NCBI GenBank assembly: GCA_036505535.1
Contig: DASXTI010000097.1
Location: forward strand, 1 to 63,688
Length of the DNA stretch: 63,688 nt
Direction of reading: 5' to 3'
Source of the DNA: Thermoanaerobaculia bacterium
GTDB lineage: Bacteria; Acidobacteriota; Thermoanaerobaculia; UBA5066; Gp7-AA6
Position 1 is the stretch's first letter; each line of letters opens with the position of its first letter. Positions 26,101 through 35,277 of this stretch are shown in pieces. Position numbers and translations under genes: made by a program. The notes below the pieces were generated by a model. That model did not search any database, was not told the origin of the DNA, and saw only the letters and a program-made list of their open reading frames with translations.

Positions 26101-27105
26101 CTACGAAGCGAGGGCCTCTTCGGGCGCCCCGATCGCCTCCAGACCCTCGAAAAACTCGACGACGGCTGCGCGGAAGTCGGCCGGCGTCTGAAGCTCCGAG
26201 ATCCGGATCCGCAACGCGCGCCCGTGAGGCAGCCCGTTGGTGTACCAGCCGGTCATCGTCCGCAGTTTGTGCAGCGCTTCCCTGGGCTCGGCGGCCGTCG
26301 ACTCGATCGCGGCAAAGTGCGCGAGCATCAGGTCGCGGCGCTCGGCCAGCGTCGCCGCGGCAACGGGCCGGCCAGCCATGTGGTCCGCGATCTGCCGAAA
26401 GATCCAGGGGTTTTTCATCGTGGCGCGACCGATCATGACGCCGTCGCAGCCGGTCTCGGCCAGCAACTCCAGCGCATCCTCGGGCGAGGCCACGTCCCCG
26501 TTCCCGATGACGGGAATCGAGACGCGGCGCTTCAGCTCGGCGATGCGCTGGCGGTCCGCGTGCCCGGTATACATCTGCCTCGCCGTGCGCGCGTGCATGG
26601 CGACGGCGGCCACTCCCTCGTCCTCGCACATCTTGCCGAGGTCCAGAAAATTCAGGCGGCCGTCGTCCAAGCCCAGACGGAACTTGACCGTCAGCGGAAT
26701 CGAGAGGCGCTTCCGAACCGACCGGACGATCTCGCGCGCGAGAGGCAAGTCCCCCATCAGCGCCGCGCCGGCGCATCCTTTCAGAACCTTGTTGGCCGGA
26801 CACCCCATGTTGATGTCGCAGGCGTCCGGCGCGAGCTCCTCGACGATGTCGGCGGCCGCCGCCATGCGCTCGGCGTCGGAGCCATAGATCTGAATGGAAA
26901 GTGGCCGCTCCTCGTCGGAAAACACCATCTTCCGGAGTTGGCGGGCATTGCCGCGGGTGATCGCTTCGGAGGAGATGAATTCCATCGTCACCAGACCCAC
27001 CCCGCCGATCCGGCGGAGCATCAGCCGGTAGACGTGGTCCGTGATGCCCGCCATGGGAGCGAGCACGAGAGGCGGATCGATCTGGACCGGGCCCAGTTGT
27101 AGCAT
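26101..27105 (-). CDS. dusB: tRNA-dihydrouridine synthase
   Basis: Start ATG 27105. Motifs LAPMAGITD, DINMGCP and a FMN-binding TIM-barrel pattern. Confidence 0.85.
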   Translation of the reverse strand: MLQLGPVQIDPPLVLAPMAGITDHVYRLMLRRIGGVGLVTMEFISSEAITRGNARQLRKMVFSDEERPLSIQIYGSDAERMAAAADIVEELAPDACDINMGCPANKVLKGCAGAALMGDLPLAREIVRSVRKRLSIPLTVKFRLGLDDGRLNFLDLGKMCEDEGVAAVAMHARTARQMYTGHADRQRIAELKRRVSIPVIGNGDVASPEDALELLAETGCDGVMIGRATMKNPWIFRQIADHMAGRPVAAATLAERRDLMLAHFAAIESTAAEPREALHKLRTMTGWYTNGLPHGRALRIRISELQTPADFRAAVVEFFEGLEAIGAPEEALAS

Positions 27106-27205
27106 GAGATTGATAATCTTAACGTCGCCGGGTTTCCGGCACGGTTCCCGCATGCACCGGCTTCGCGGGATTGGTAGGATTGGGTTCGAGTTCAGGGAGG
27201 TTCTG

Positions 27206-28285
27206 ATGCCGGCGACCGCCGCGACGGTTCCCCCCGGGGAATCCGAGCTCTGGATTCACAGCAAGCGGTTTGACCTCCTCTTCCTGACTCTGTCGGGGGC
27301 GCTCGTTTTCTTTCCCTATCTCTCGTATGGGCTCCTCCAGAGGCTGGGCATTTCGGAGGCCACCTCGAGTCTCATCGTGGGCCTGTCGGTGACGCTGCTG
27401 GTGGGCGGGCCCCACATGTACTCGACTTTCCTCCGGACGGCGCTCGAGCCGCGGTTCCGGGAACGCTACGGCGTGCTCGCCTATCTTCCGCTCGTCCTGA
27501 TCCCGACACTCGTCGTGTTCGGCTCGATGTACGCGTTTCTGTTGCTTCTGACCGGCTTCTTCTTCTGGGCCTCGGTCCACGTGACGCACCAGGCCCAGTA
27601 CATCTCGGAGACGTATCGCATCCGCGCCGGCGCCCCCGTCCGGGCGCTCGATCGGTGGCTCGATGGCGGCGTGATCCTGGGCGCCCTCTACACGATGGCG
27701 ATGTACAAGTTCGTGGAAGGCCGCTTCACCCTCGGCGACAGCGCTCTGCTCTTTCCGGAGTTCTTACGGCACCGGTGGGTCGCCGTCGCGTTCACCGCGG
27801 GCTACGCGATCTTTTTCCTGTTCTACTTCGCACGCACGCTGGGCGAGGTCCGGCGGGGAGAGACGCGCTGGCCGCGCCTGCTCTTCATGACGACGACCGT
27901 CGCGATGGCCTTCATCGTGCCGATCTTCGACAATCTCGACGTCTCCTTTCAGGGCTTCAACACGTGGCACTCGCTTCAATATCTCGCGTTGACCTGGTTC
28001 ATCCTCGGCCGCGAGGCCGACATGGGCCGGATCGGCAGCGGTCTCTCCCGCGGGCTTGCGGGACCCGAGAAGACGCGGAAGTTCTACTTCGCCATGGTCG
28101 GCGCCACGCTGTCCGCCGGCATCATCTACCTGATCCTCTGGAAGGGGCTCCACTTTCCGCAGGACAAGAGTTACTACGTGGTCGTGTTGTCGTTTCTCCT
28201 GGTGCACTACTTCTACGACCACATCCTGTTTCGCGACTTCGCGCCGCTCGCACCGATCCGCGGACGAGAGAGGGCGGCGGCATGA
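27206..28285 (+). CDS. polytopic membrane protein of unknown function with His-rich motifs
   Basis: ATG 27206 preceded by AGGGAGG. About 8 hydrophobic segments. Motifs GGPHMY, HVTHQAQY, NTWHSLQY and HYFYDH. Confidence 0.6.
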   Translation: MPATAATVPPGESELWIHSKRFDLLFLTLSGALVFFPYLSYGLLQRLGISEATSSLIVGLSVTLLVGGPHMYSTFLRTALEPRFRERYGVLAYLPLVLIPTLVVFGSMYAFLLLLTGFFFWASVHVTHQAQYISETYRIRAGAPVRALDRWLDGGVILGALYTMAMYKFVEGRFTLGDSALLFPEFLRHRWVAVAFTAGYAIFFLFYFARTLGEVRRGETRWPRLLFMTTTVAMAFIVPIFDNLDVSFQGFNTWHSLQYLALTWFILGREADMGRIGSGLSRGLAGPEKTRKFYFAMVGATLSAGIIYLILWKGLHFPQDKSYYVVVLSFLLVHYFYDHILFRDFAPLAPIRGRERAAA

Positions 28286-28286
28286 A

Positions 28287-28410
28287 GGAATTGTCGATTG
28301 ACGATTGGCGATTGATGGCCTAGGACCTAACCGGCAATCGGCAATCGGCAATCACCAATCGGCAATCGGCAATCACGAATCGGCAATCACGAATCGGCAA
28401 TCGGCAATTT
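28287..28410. repeat. heptamer-array hairpin H10 (GATTGNC / CGGCAAT units), asymmetric
   Basis: Left arm 28287-28318 has about 4.5 units. Right arm 28331-28410 has about 11 units of cggcaat/caccaat/cacgaat. Lies between convergent genes. Confidence 0.95.
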
Positions 28411-28416
28411 TCTCTG

Positions 28417-29040
28417 TTACCTCAGGAGCTCCTCATAGCTACTGATCTTGGTGTAGCCCTTCGGTAACTCGAAGAGTTTTGGATCCGCCCCCGCGCGAAC
28501 GTCGAGCAGCTCGGTCGTCGTGAAGGGCTGGTACTCGTCATTCCGGTCCCTTTTCGCGTGCCCGATCTTGACGACGAGCTTGTCTAAGTCCCGCGCGACC
28601 CAGATCATCACGAGATCGCCGGAGGGAAGACGCAACTCATAGCGGTCGCAGGGGTGGAGGCCGTGAGCGTCGTCGCCGATGCGACGGATCTGGCCTCCGA
28701 ACCGGTCCGCGTAGGCCTCCGGATCGAAGCCGGGATCGAGCGGATAGCCGGGCACGATTTCTTCCGTCGGCGTCCAGGCGGACTCCATCAGCCTCTTCGT
28801 CGCGGGACGGACCTGCCACACCTTTCGGAGGTCGGGCCGCATGATCTTGATCAGCGGCGCGCCATTGACGACCGCCTCGACGCGCTTGGACTCGCCGCGG
28901 ACGGCGACCTGGAAGCGCTCGTTCGGAGAAAAGGAGAGCACGGCGCGATACCCGTCCTTCGCAATCGTCTTCAATCCCCCGCCGCAGCCGACCGCCAAGA
29001 GCAGGAGTCCCGTCAGGATCCCCCGCCGCGACCTCCTCAT
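28417..29040 (-). CDS. lipoprotein of unknown function
   Basis: Lipobox LLLAVGC after MRRSRRGILTG; 207 aa. Confidence 0.6.
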   Translation of the reverse strand: MRRSRRGILTGLLLLAVGCGGGLKTIAKDGYRAVLSFSPNERFQVAVRGESKRVEAVVNGAPLIKIMRPDLRKVWQVRPATKRLMESAWTPTEEIVPGYPLDPGFDPEAYADRFGGQIRRIGDDAHGLHPCDRYELRLPSGDLVMIWVARDLDKLVVKIGHAKRDRNDEYQPFTTTELLDVRAGADPKLFELPKGYTKISSYEELLR

Positions 29041-30362
29041 CGCGCGGCGGGAATGAGGATCAAGGCTTCCTGCGGCGTGCCGAGCGGCTCGCTGCCGGTC
29101 TCGGTCACGACGTAATCCTCTTCGAGGCCGAAACCGACCTTCCCCCCCAGCATCCAGGGGAGCTCGACTTCGAGCGAAGGCTCGACGGCGAAGGTCTGGT
29201 CCTTTTCGATCGCGTACGATCCCGCCTTACCGTAGCGATCCGGCCAGTCGGGCGCGAGACCCGGCCCCAGATCGTGCGTGAAGAAGCCGATGGGGTGTCC
29301 CGTGGCGTGCTTGAACTCGGGGTACCCCGCGTCGGTGATGACCTTCCGGCCTGCCGCGTCCACCGCGGTCCCTGTGGCGCCGGGCTTGAGCGCCGCGGCG
29401 GCCGCGCGATTGGCGGCCTTGACCGTCTCGAACGCCTTCTGAACCTCCGGCGGCGCTTCCTTCTCCCCGGGACGAAGCACGTAGGCGAGCCGCTGAATGT
29501 CGGTCTTGTAGCCGTCTTCGTCCGCGCCCGCGTCGATACGGATGACGGTCCCCGGCTGAATCACCGCTTCGGAGGCGGCGGAGTGTCCTCGCGCGAGACC
29601 CGCCATGACGTTCGGGTCCTGGTCCTCCTCCCACGATGGGCCGAGGCCCATCTCCCTTCTCCGCTTGCGAATGAAGTCCGCGACGTCCTTCTCCGCCGTC
29701 TTTCCAGCGACGATGACCGCCGGCGAGAGAGCCTCGGCCAGAATCTGCTCCGTTTTCTTCACCGCCCCGCGCATCTTCGCGATCTCCGCCGGCGTCTTGC
29801 GACTGCGATACGAGGTCAGCATCGCCTCCGCGGAGACGAACCGTTTCGAGAAGTCCGGGCCGAGCGTGTCACGCAGCCACTGGAGATTTCCGGAAGTCAG
29901 GCCGTCCGCGAGTGGCACGTCCTTGGACGTGTCCAGGGCGATCGCCTTCGGGGAGAACTTTTCGATCTCCGCCTTCAGCGCCGGTCCGGCGCCTTCCTTG
30001 CCATAGGGGACAACCCGCGTGTAGAGTCCCGACTTCTCGAAGGGATCCGTGTCGAAGCTCGCGACGACCGCGACGCGCTCGAGATGGTCGCCGCGGTCCA
30101 CGAAGAGGCAGGCCGCGCGGAGGACCGCGTGCTCGGCCGCGACGTCGAAGGAGATCGGATCGCGCGCTCCCTCGCGGGTCACGACGAGCCAGGAGTCGAC
30201 ACCCGCGCGGCGCATGGCGGCCAGAAGGTAACGATCCATCCGCTCCTTGCGCGCCCGAAACTTCAGCGGCGCCGCCGAAGCCACCGGTGTTGATCCCGGC
30301 GTCGGCTTCGGCGTGACGGGAATGGCCCAGAGCGCTGCCACCAGCAGAGCGAAGAGCTTCAT
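29037..30362 (-). CDS. secreted M24-family Xaa-Pro aminopeptidase
   Basis: Start ATG 30362 (MKLFALLVAALWAIPV signal). The rest of track ORF 29037..31160 is antisense to the methyltransferase. Creatinase-like N domain plus M24 motifs (HATGHPIG, AVEP, LEEDYVVT). Confidence 0.8.
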   Translation of the reverse strand: MKLFALLVAALWAIPVTPKPTPGSTPVASAAPLKFRARKERMDRYLLAAMRRAGVDSWLVVTREGARDPISFDVAAEHAVLRAACLFVDRGDHLERVAVVASFDTDPFEKSGLYTRVVPYGKEGAGPALKAEIEKFSPKAIALDTSKDVPLADGLTSGNLQWLRDTLGPDFSKRFVSAEAMLTSYRSRKTPAEIAKMRGAVKKTEQILAEALSPAVIVAGKTAEKDVADFIRKRRREMGLGPSWEEDQDPNVMAGLARGHSAASEAVIQPGTVIRIDAGADEDGYKTDIQRLAYVLRPGEKEAPPEVQKAFETVKAANRAAAAALKPGATGTAVDAAGRKVITDAGYPEFKHATGHPIGFFTHDLGPGLAPDWPDRYGKAGSYAIEKDQTFAVEPSLEVELPWMLGGKVGFGLEEDYVVTETGSEPLGTPQEALILIPAAR

Positions 30363-30410
30363 CGCCGCAACTCTATCCCCGCCGACCCCTCTGCCATAAT
30401 CGCCCGCCGT

Positions 30411-31148
30411 ATGACGTGGTGGGAGTCCTGGTTCGGCGAGGAGTACCTCGACCTCTACCCGCACCGCGACCTCGAATCGGCCCGCCGAGAAGCCGCCTTC
30501 GCTCTGGCCCATCTGCCCGCGGAGCCCACGCCGCTGCTCGACCTCTGTTGCGGGTCGGGACGGCACTCGGTTCCGCTCGCCGAGGCGGGCTTTCCGCCGA
30601 TCGGCCTCGATTACTCGGCGCCCCTTCTCGAGCTCGCCCACCGGCGCCACCGTCGTCTGCTGCTCGTGCGGGGTGACATGCGCTCGCTCCCCTTTCGCGA
30701 CGCATCCTTTCGCGCGGTCGTGAATTTCTTCACGAGCTTCGGCTACTTCCTCCGCGAAGTCGAGAATGTCTCGGTCGTCGCGGAGATCGAGCGCGTGCTT
30801 CGGCCCCGCGGGGCCTTCCTGTGCGACACGTTCGGGCGGGACTACGTTCTGGCGCGCCTGGTCCCGCAAGAGGAGCGCCGATGTCCTGGCGAGAAGGAGT
30901 ATCGGATCCGCCGGTGGTGGAACGCGGAGACGCAGCGCCTCGAGAAGGAGATCGAGGTCCGGCGCGCCGGGTCGACCGAGATCTTCCGGGAGAGCGTGCG
31001 CGCTTATACCGCCGACGAGCTCGCCGCGCTGCTCCAGGGGGCCGGCCTGCGCATCGAATCGGTGTGGGGGGACTTCGACGAGGCTCCCGCCGGGCCCGAT
31101 TCGCCACGCTTGATCGTTCTCGCCCGAAAGCCCGAAAGGCCCTCGTGA
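30411..31148 (+). CDS. class I SAM-dependent methyltransferase
   Basis: SAM motif I LLDLCCGSGRH. Its stop overlaps the GTG start of bshC (GTGA). Confidence 0.8.
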   Translation: MTWWESWFGEEYLDLYPHRDLESARREAAFALAHLPAEPTPLLDLCCGSGRHSVPLAEAGFPPIGLDYSAPLLELAHRRHRRLLLVRGDMRSLPFRDASFRAVVNFFTSFGYFLREVENVSVVAEIERVLRPRGAFLCDTFGRDYVLARLVPQEERRCPGEKEYRIRRWWNAETQRLEKEIEVRRAGSTEIFRESVRAYTADELAALLQGAGLRIESVWGDFDEAPAGPDSPRLIVLARKPERPS

Positions 31149-32692
31149 TTCCGTACGCAAAATATCCCGGCCTCTCGCCGCTCTTCCTCGATTTTCTGCG
31201 CGGGCTTCCCGAGTTCTTTCCCGACCCCCCTTCGATCGATGCCGCGGCCGAGCGCGGCCGACGGCTGATCGCCTCCGGCCGGGGCGCTCGAATTCCGGCG
31301 TCGGCCTTTCGATCTCGGGGCGCGGAAGCGGCGCGGCTCGCCCAAGAGCTGGCCGCGGGCCGCGCGGTCGGTGTCGGGGCGGGCCACCAGGTCGGCCTCT
31401 TCACCGGGCCGCTTTTCACGTTCGTCAAAGCACTCGACGCGATCCGGGTTGCGCGCGAGCTCACGCGGCGCGGCGTCCCTGCCGTGCCCGTTTTCTGGGC
31501 ACTGACCGACGATCACGATCTGCAGGAAGTCGCCCGCACCGCCAAGCCGGGCCCCGAGGGGCCGCAGGTACTCGTTCTCGACGGGGCCGACCGCCAGAAC
31601 CGGCATCCCGTGGGAAGACTTCGGATCTCCGAGGCCATCTGCGGAATCGTCGACGCATTCCGTCCCGACGCGCAGACCGAAGAGGCCGCAAAAACCCTCG
31701 AGGCGTTCGCGAGCCGCAGCGCTCCGGGAACCTTCTACGGCGACGCTTTCATCGAGACGCTTCTCGATCTCGTCGATCCCGATCCCTTTCTCGTGCTGGA
31801 TCCGCTGGGCGCGGAGCTTCGCTCCCCTACCGTCGAGCTTTTTCTCGAAGCCGCGCGCCGGAAGGTCGCCCTGCGCGAGACGCTTGAGGCCACGGAGGAG
31901 AAACTGCGCCGTGCCGGCAAGCCCGTGCCCGTGCCTCTTCCCGACGGCTTTTCTTTCTTCACCATCGACTCGGACGAACGCCGGCGGATCGAAGACCTGC
32001 CGGCGGCGATCGCCCGCGTCGAAGCCGGAGTGGCCTGGCCGTCCGCGGATGTGCTAACCCGGCCGGTCTTGAAATCGTATGTCTTTCCGATGGCGGCCAG
32101 CGTTCTCGGGGCGGCGGAGATCGCGTACCATGCGCAGAGCCTCCCGCTCTTTCCGCTGCTCGGAATCACGGCGCCGGTCCTGATTTCCCGGACTCACGTC
32201 GTTCTGCGGGGGCCCGTCGAACGCCGGCTGAGCGCCCAGCTTAACCTCCCGGAGGAGGACTTGCTCTCGCCTCCCGCGGATATGCCGTCGAGCCGGGTGC
32301 CCGAGGCCGACGAGCTCGCGCGCCTGGCGAAATCCATGGAAAGCCGCCTCGCCTCCCTCGGCCCTCCGCTCGAGGAGCTCGATGCCTCGCTCGCCGGGGC
32401 GCTCGAGACCGCGCGCAAGAAGATCGCCTACCAATTCGAGCATCTGGCGGACCGGGCACGCAGGGCGGCCGAGCGCAAGGAAGGCGTCGCCGCCAACCGG
32501 CGGCTGCGTCTGGAGCGCGCGCTCTTGCCGGGCGGTGTTCCGGCGGAGCGGATCTACCCGCCGCTGACGGCGATGATGGCGTGGGGGCGCGGCGCCGTGG
32601 GCGACGCCCTGCGGCGCGCGGTTTGCGGATCGAGAGAGGGTGCGGTCGTCGTCGACCTCGGGTTAACGGAAGGAGAGACGCATGCCCGTTGA
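31145..32692 (+). CDS. bshC: bacillithiol biosynthesis cysteine-adding enzyme BshC
   Basis: GTG 31145 (VIPYAKYPGLSPLFLDFL...). About 515 aa with BshC-like N-terminal and coiled-coil C-terminal organisation. Adjacent to bshB and bshA. Confidence 0.75.
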   Translation: MIPYAKYPGLSPLFLDFLRGLPEFFPDPPSIDAAAERGRRLIASGRGARIPASAFRSRGAEAARLAQELAAGRAVGVGAGHQVGLFTGPLFTFVKALDAIRVARELTRRGVPAVPVFWALTDDHDLQEVARTAKPGPEGPQVLVLDGADRQNRHPVGRLRISEAICGIVDAFRPDAQTEEAAKTLEAFASRSAPGTFYGDAFIETLLDLVDPDPFLVLDPLGAELRSPTVELFLEAARRKVALRETLEATEEKLRRAGKPVPVPLPDGFSFFTIDSDERRRIEDLPAAIARVEAGVAWPSADVLTRPVLKSYVFPMAASVLGAAEIAYHAQSLPLFPLLGITAPVLISRTHVVLRGPVERRLSAQLNLPEEDLLSPPADMPSSRVPEADELARLAKSMESRLASLGPPLEELDASLAGALETARKKIAYQFEHLADRARRAAERKEGVAANRRLRLERALLPGGVPAERIYPPLTAMMAWGRGAVGDALRRAVCGSREGAVVVDLGLTEGETHAR

Positions 32693-33404
32693 CGTCCTCG
32701 CCATCTCGGCGCACGCCGACGACATCGAGCTGTCCTGCGCGGGCACGCTCGTGCAGTTGAAGACTCTCGGCTACCGTTTCGGGATCCTCGACTTGACGCG
32801 CGGGGAGATGGGAACCCGCGGAACCGTGGAGACCCGAGCGCGGGAGGCCGCACGGGCGGCGGAGATTCTCGGCGCCGACTTCCGGGAGACACTCGATTTG
32901 GGCGACGGAGGGCTGCGCACCGGGCGCGAGGAGGAGCTTGCCGTCATCGATGCCATCCGGCGCGCCCGACCCCGCCTGATCCTGACGCCTTACCCGGAGG
33001 ACCGCCATCCGGATCACCGCCGCACCGGCGCGCTCGTCACCGACGCGGCTTTCTACGCGGGACTGCGAAAGATCGAGACCCCGCACCCGGCCCACCGGCC
33101 GCAGCAGACGATCTACTTTTCGGCCTTCCAGCTCCATCCGCCCAATCTCGTCGTGGACGTGACATCGGCGATGGAGCGACGGCGAGCCGCAATCCTCGCG
33201 TACGAGAGCCAGTTCCACAATCCGGGATCTTCGGAGCCCGCAACCGTTTTGTCCCAGAGGAACTTCCTCGACAGGGTCGAGGCGCGCGCCCGCGGTTTCG
33301 GAGGGCTGATCGGCGTGGAGTTCGGCGAGGGCTTCGTTTCGAAGCGCCCGCCGCGAATTCCGGATCTCGTGAAGGCCTTCGAGGGATTCGAGCCGGGATT
33401 TTAG
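32682..33404 (+). CDS. bshB: bacillithiol biosynthesis deacetylase BshB (PIG-L family)
   Basis: MPVDVLAISAHADDIELSCAGTLV ... DLTRGEMGTRG ... HPDH motifs. Confidence 0.85.
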   Translation: MPVDVLAISAHADDIELSCAGTLVQLKTLGYRFGILDLTRGEMGTRGTVETRAREAARAAEILGADFRETLDLGDGGLRTGREEELAVIDAIRRARPRLILTPYPEDRHPDHRRTGALVTDAAFYAGLRKIETPHPAHRPQQTIYFSAFQLHPPNLVVDVTSAMERRRAAILAYESQFHNPGSSEPATVLSQRNFLDRVEARARGFGGLIGVEFGEGFVSKRPPRIPDLVKAFEGFEPGF

Positions 33405-33513
33405 GAGGTTTGTAGTCTGTAGTTCGGAGTTTGTGGTTTGGGCTCGGCGAGGCTCGACAGACCACAAACCACAAGCCAAAGACCACAGACCACAGACCAC
33501 AAACCACAGACCC
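33404..33513. repeat. heptamer-array hairpin H11 (GTAGTCT/GTGGTTT / ACCACAR units)
   Basis: Left arm 33404-33442 ggaggtttgtagtctgtagttcggagtttgtggtttggg. Right arm 33461-33513 (accacaa/accacag units) ends at the base before the bshA ATG. Confidence 0.9.
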
Positions 33514-34641
33514 ATGAAGATCGGCATCACCTGCTATCCCACCTTCGGCGGCAGCGGCGTCGTCGCGACGGAGCTGGGGATCGCTTTGGCGGAGCGCGGC
33601 GACGAGGTCCACTTCATTTCGTACGCGCTGCCGTCGCGTCTGGACTTGCCGCGCGAGCGCGTGCACTTTCACGAAGTCGTCGCCCCGTCGTACCCGCTCT
33701 TCGTCTCCCCTCCGTACACGCTCGCCCTCGCGACGAAGATGGCCGAGGTCGCGAGGCACGCGCGCCTCGACCTGCTCCACGTGCATTATGCCCTGCCCCA
33801 TGCAATCTCCGCGATCCTCGCCCGGGAGATGAGCAACGGCAACGGCGTGCGCCTCAAGGTCGTGACGACGCTTCACGGAACCGACATCACGATCGTCGGC
33901 CAGGATCGCTCCTACCTGCCGATCACACGCTGGGGCATCGAACAGAGCGACGCAGTGACGGCCGTATCCCGCTATCTGCGGGACGTGACGATCAAGGAGT
34001 TTGGCGTGCGGCGGCCGATCGAGATCCTTCCGAACTTCGTCGACGCCCAGCAATATCGCCCGGACGGCGCCTCCTCCTTCGCCCGCGCGCTTTCGCGAAG
34101 CGGCGAGACGCTCCTCGTGCACGTCTCCAATTTCCGTCCGGTCAAGCGCATTCCGGACGTCCTCGCGATTTTCGACCGCGTCCGACGCGAAGTCCCCGCA
34201 CGGCTGCTTCTGATCGGCGACGGTCCCGACCGTTCGCTCGCCGAGCGTCTCACCCGCCAGGGAGGCCTCGAGGACCGGACGACGTTTCTGGGAAACGTGG
34301 CCGCCGTCGAAACGATCTTGCCCGCCGCGCAATTGATGCTTCTTCCGTCGGATGCGGAATCGTTCGGCCTCGCGGCGCTCGAAGCGATGGCCTGCGGCGT
34401 GCCGGTCATCGGCACTTCGGCCGGGGGTCTGCCCGAGGTCGTCGAGGATGGCCGAAGCGGGTTTCTCCTTCCCGTGGGAGACGTCGAAGGGATGGCGAAG
34501 GCCGCGCTCCGGCTGCTCCACGACCCCGTGCTCTGGCGCCGCTTCTCGGCCGACTCCCGCCGGCGCGCCGAGCATCAGTTCCCGACCGCCGGCCTGGTCG
34601 AGCGCTACCGCGCCCTCTACGAAGCCACGCTCCGAGGATGA
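33514..34641 (+). CDS. bshA: N-acetyl-alpha-D-glucosaminyl L-malate synthase BshA (GT4)
   Basis: MKIGITCYPTFGGSGVVATELG N-terminus typical of BshA. GT4 E-x7-E region (ESFGLAALEAMACGVPV). Confidence 0.85.
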   Translation: MKIGITCYPTFGGSGVVATELGIALAERGDEVHFISYALPSRLDLPRERVHFHEVVAPSYPLFVSPPYTLALATKMAEVARHARLDLLHVHYALPHAISAILAREMSNGNGVRLKVVTTLHGTDITIVGQDRSYLPITRWGIEQSDAVTAVSRYLRDVTIKEFGVRRPIEILPNFVDAQQYRPDGASSFARALSRSGETLLVHVSNFRPVKRIPDVLAIFDRVRREVPARLLLIGDGPDRSLAERLTRQGGLEDRTTFLGNVAAVETILPAAQLMLLPSDAESFGLAALEAMACGVPVIGTSAGGLPEVVEDGRSGFLLPVGDVEGMAKAALRLLHDPVLWRRFSADSRRRAEHQFPTAGLVERYRALYEATLRG

Positions 34642-35277
34642 ATGAGGAGAGCGAGGAGTGGCGCGAACGAGGAGAGCGACGAGCGGCGGGTTCCCGCCTC
34701 TCGCGGCCGCGGAGAGGTCCGGGAGAAGGCTTCGCGCTTCCTGGGCTTCGCGGCACGCGCGGATTCGACGCGGGCCGCGGAAGAGATCCTCGAAAGTCTG
34801 CGCCGGGAATATCACGACGCGACACACGTCGCGTTCGCCTGGAAGATCGGAGCCGGGCCGGACGCTTCCCGGCGCTTCTCGGATGCCGGAGAGCCGGCGG
34901 GAACCGCAGGCAAGCCGATCGCCGGCGCGATCGAGGCGTCGGACGTAACCGACGTCGTCGCCGCGGTCGTGCGCTACTTCGGGGGAACCCGGCTGGGGAC
35001 GGGAGGTCTTGCCCGCGCCTACCGCCTCGCGGCCGCGCGGGCCATTGCGGCGGCGGGAACGGAGAGGGTCTTCGACACCGTCGGCGTCGAGGTCCGCTCT
35101 CCTTACGACAGGGTGGGACGGGTGCGGCGTCTGCTCGAGCCCCCCTCGGTGCGGCTCAAATCCGAGCGGTTCACCCCCGAGCCCGTCTTCGAGCTGGAGG
35201 TCCGAAGATCGCGTCTGCCATCGCTCCTGGCGGCACTGAAAGAGGGGCGACTGAGCTACCGGATTTGTGATTTGTGA
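34642..35277 (+). CDS. YigZ / IMPACT-family protein
   Basis: Motifs ATHVAFAW and DAGEPAGTAGKPI ... VVRYFGGTRLGTGGLARAY. The start follows the bshA stop directly (TGAATG). Confidence 0.75.
   Translation: MRRARSGANEESDERRVPASRGRGEVREKASRFLGFAARADSTRAAEEILESLRREYHDATHVAFAWKIGAGPDASRRFSDAGEPAGTAGKPIAGAIEASDVTDVVAAVVRYFGGTRLGTGGLARAYRLAAARAIAAAGTERVFDTVGVEVRSPYDRVGRVRRLLEPPSVRLKSERFTPEPVFELEVRRSRLPSLLAALKEGRLSYRICDL

Noticed and set aside
30363-31160. N-terminal 266 codons of track ORF 29037..31160.
   Set aside because: They are antisense to the SAM methyltransferase. The M24 peptidase has a clear signal-peptide start at 30362.
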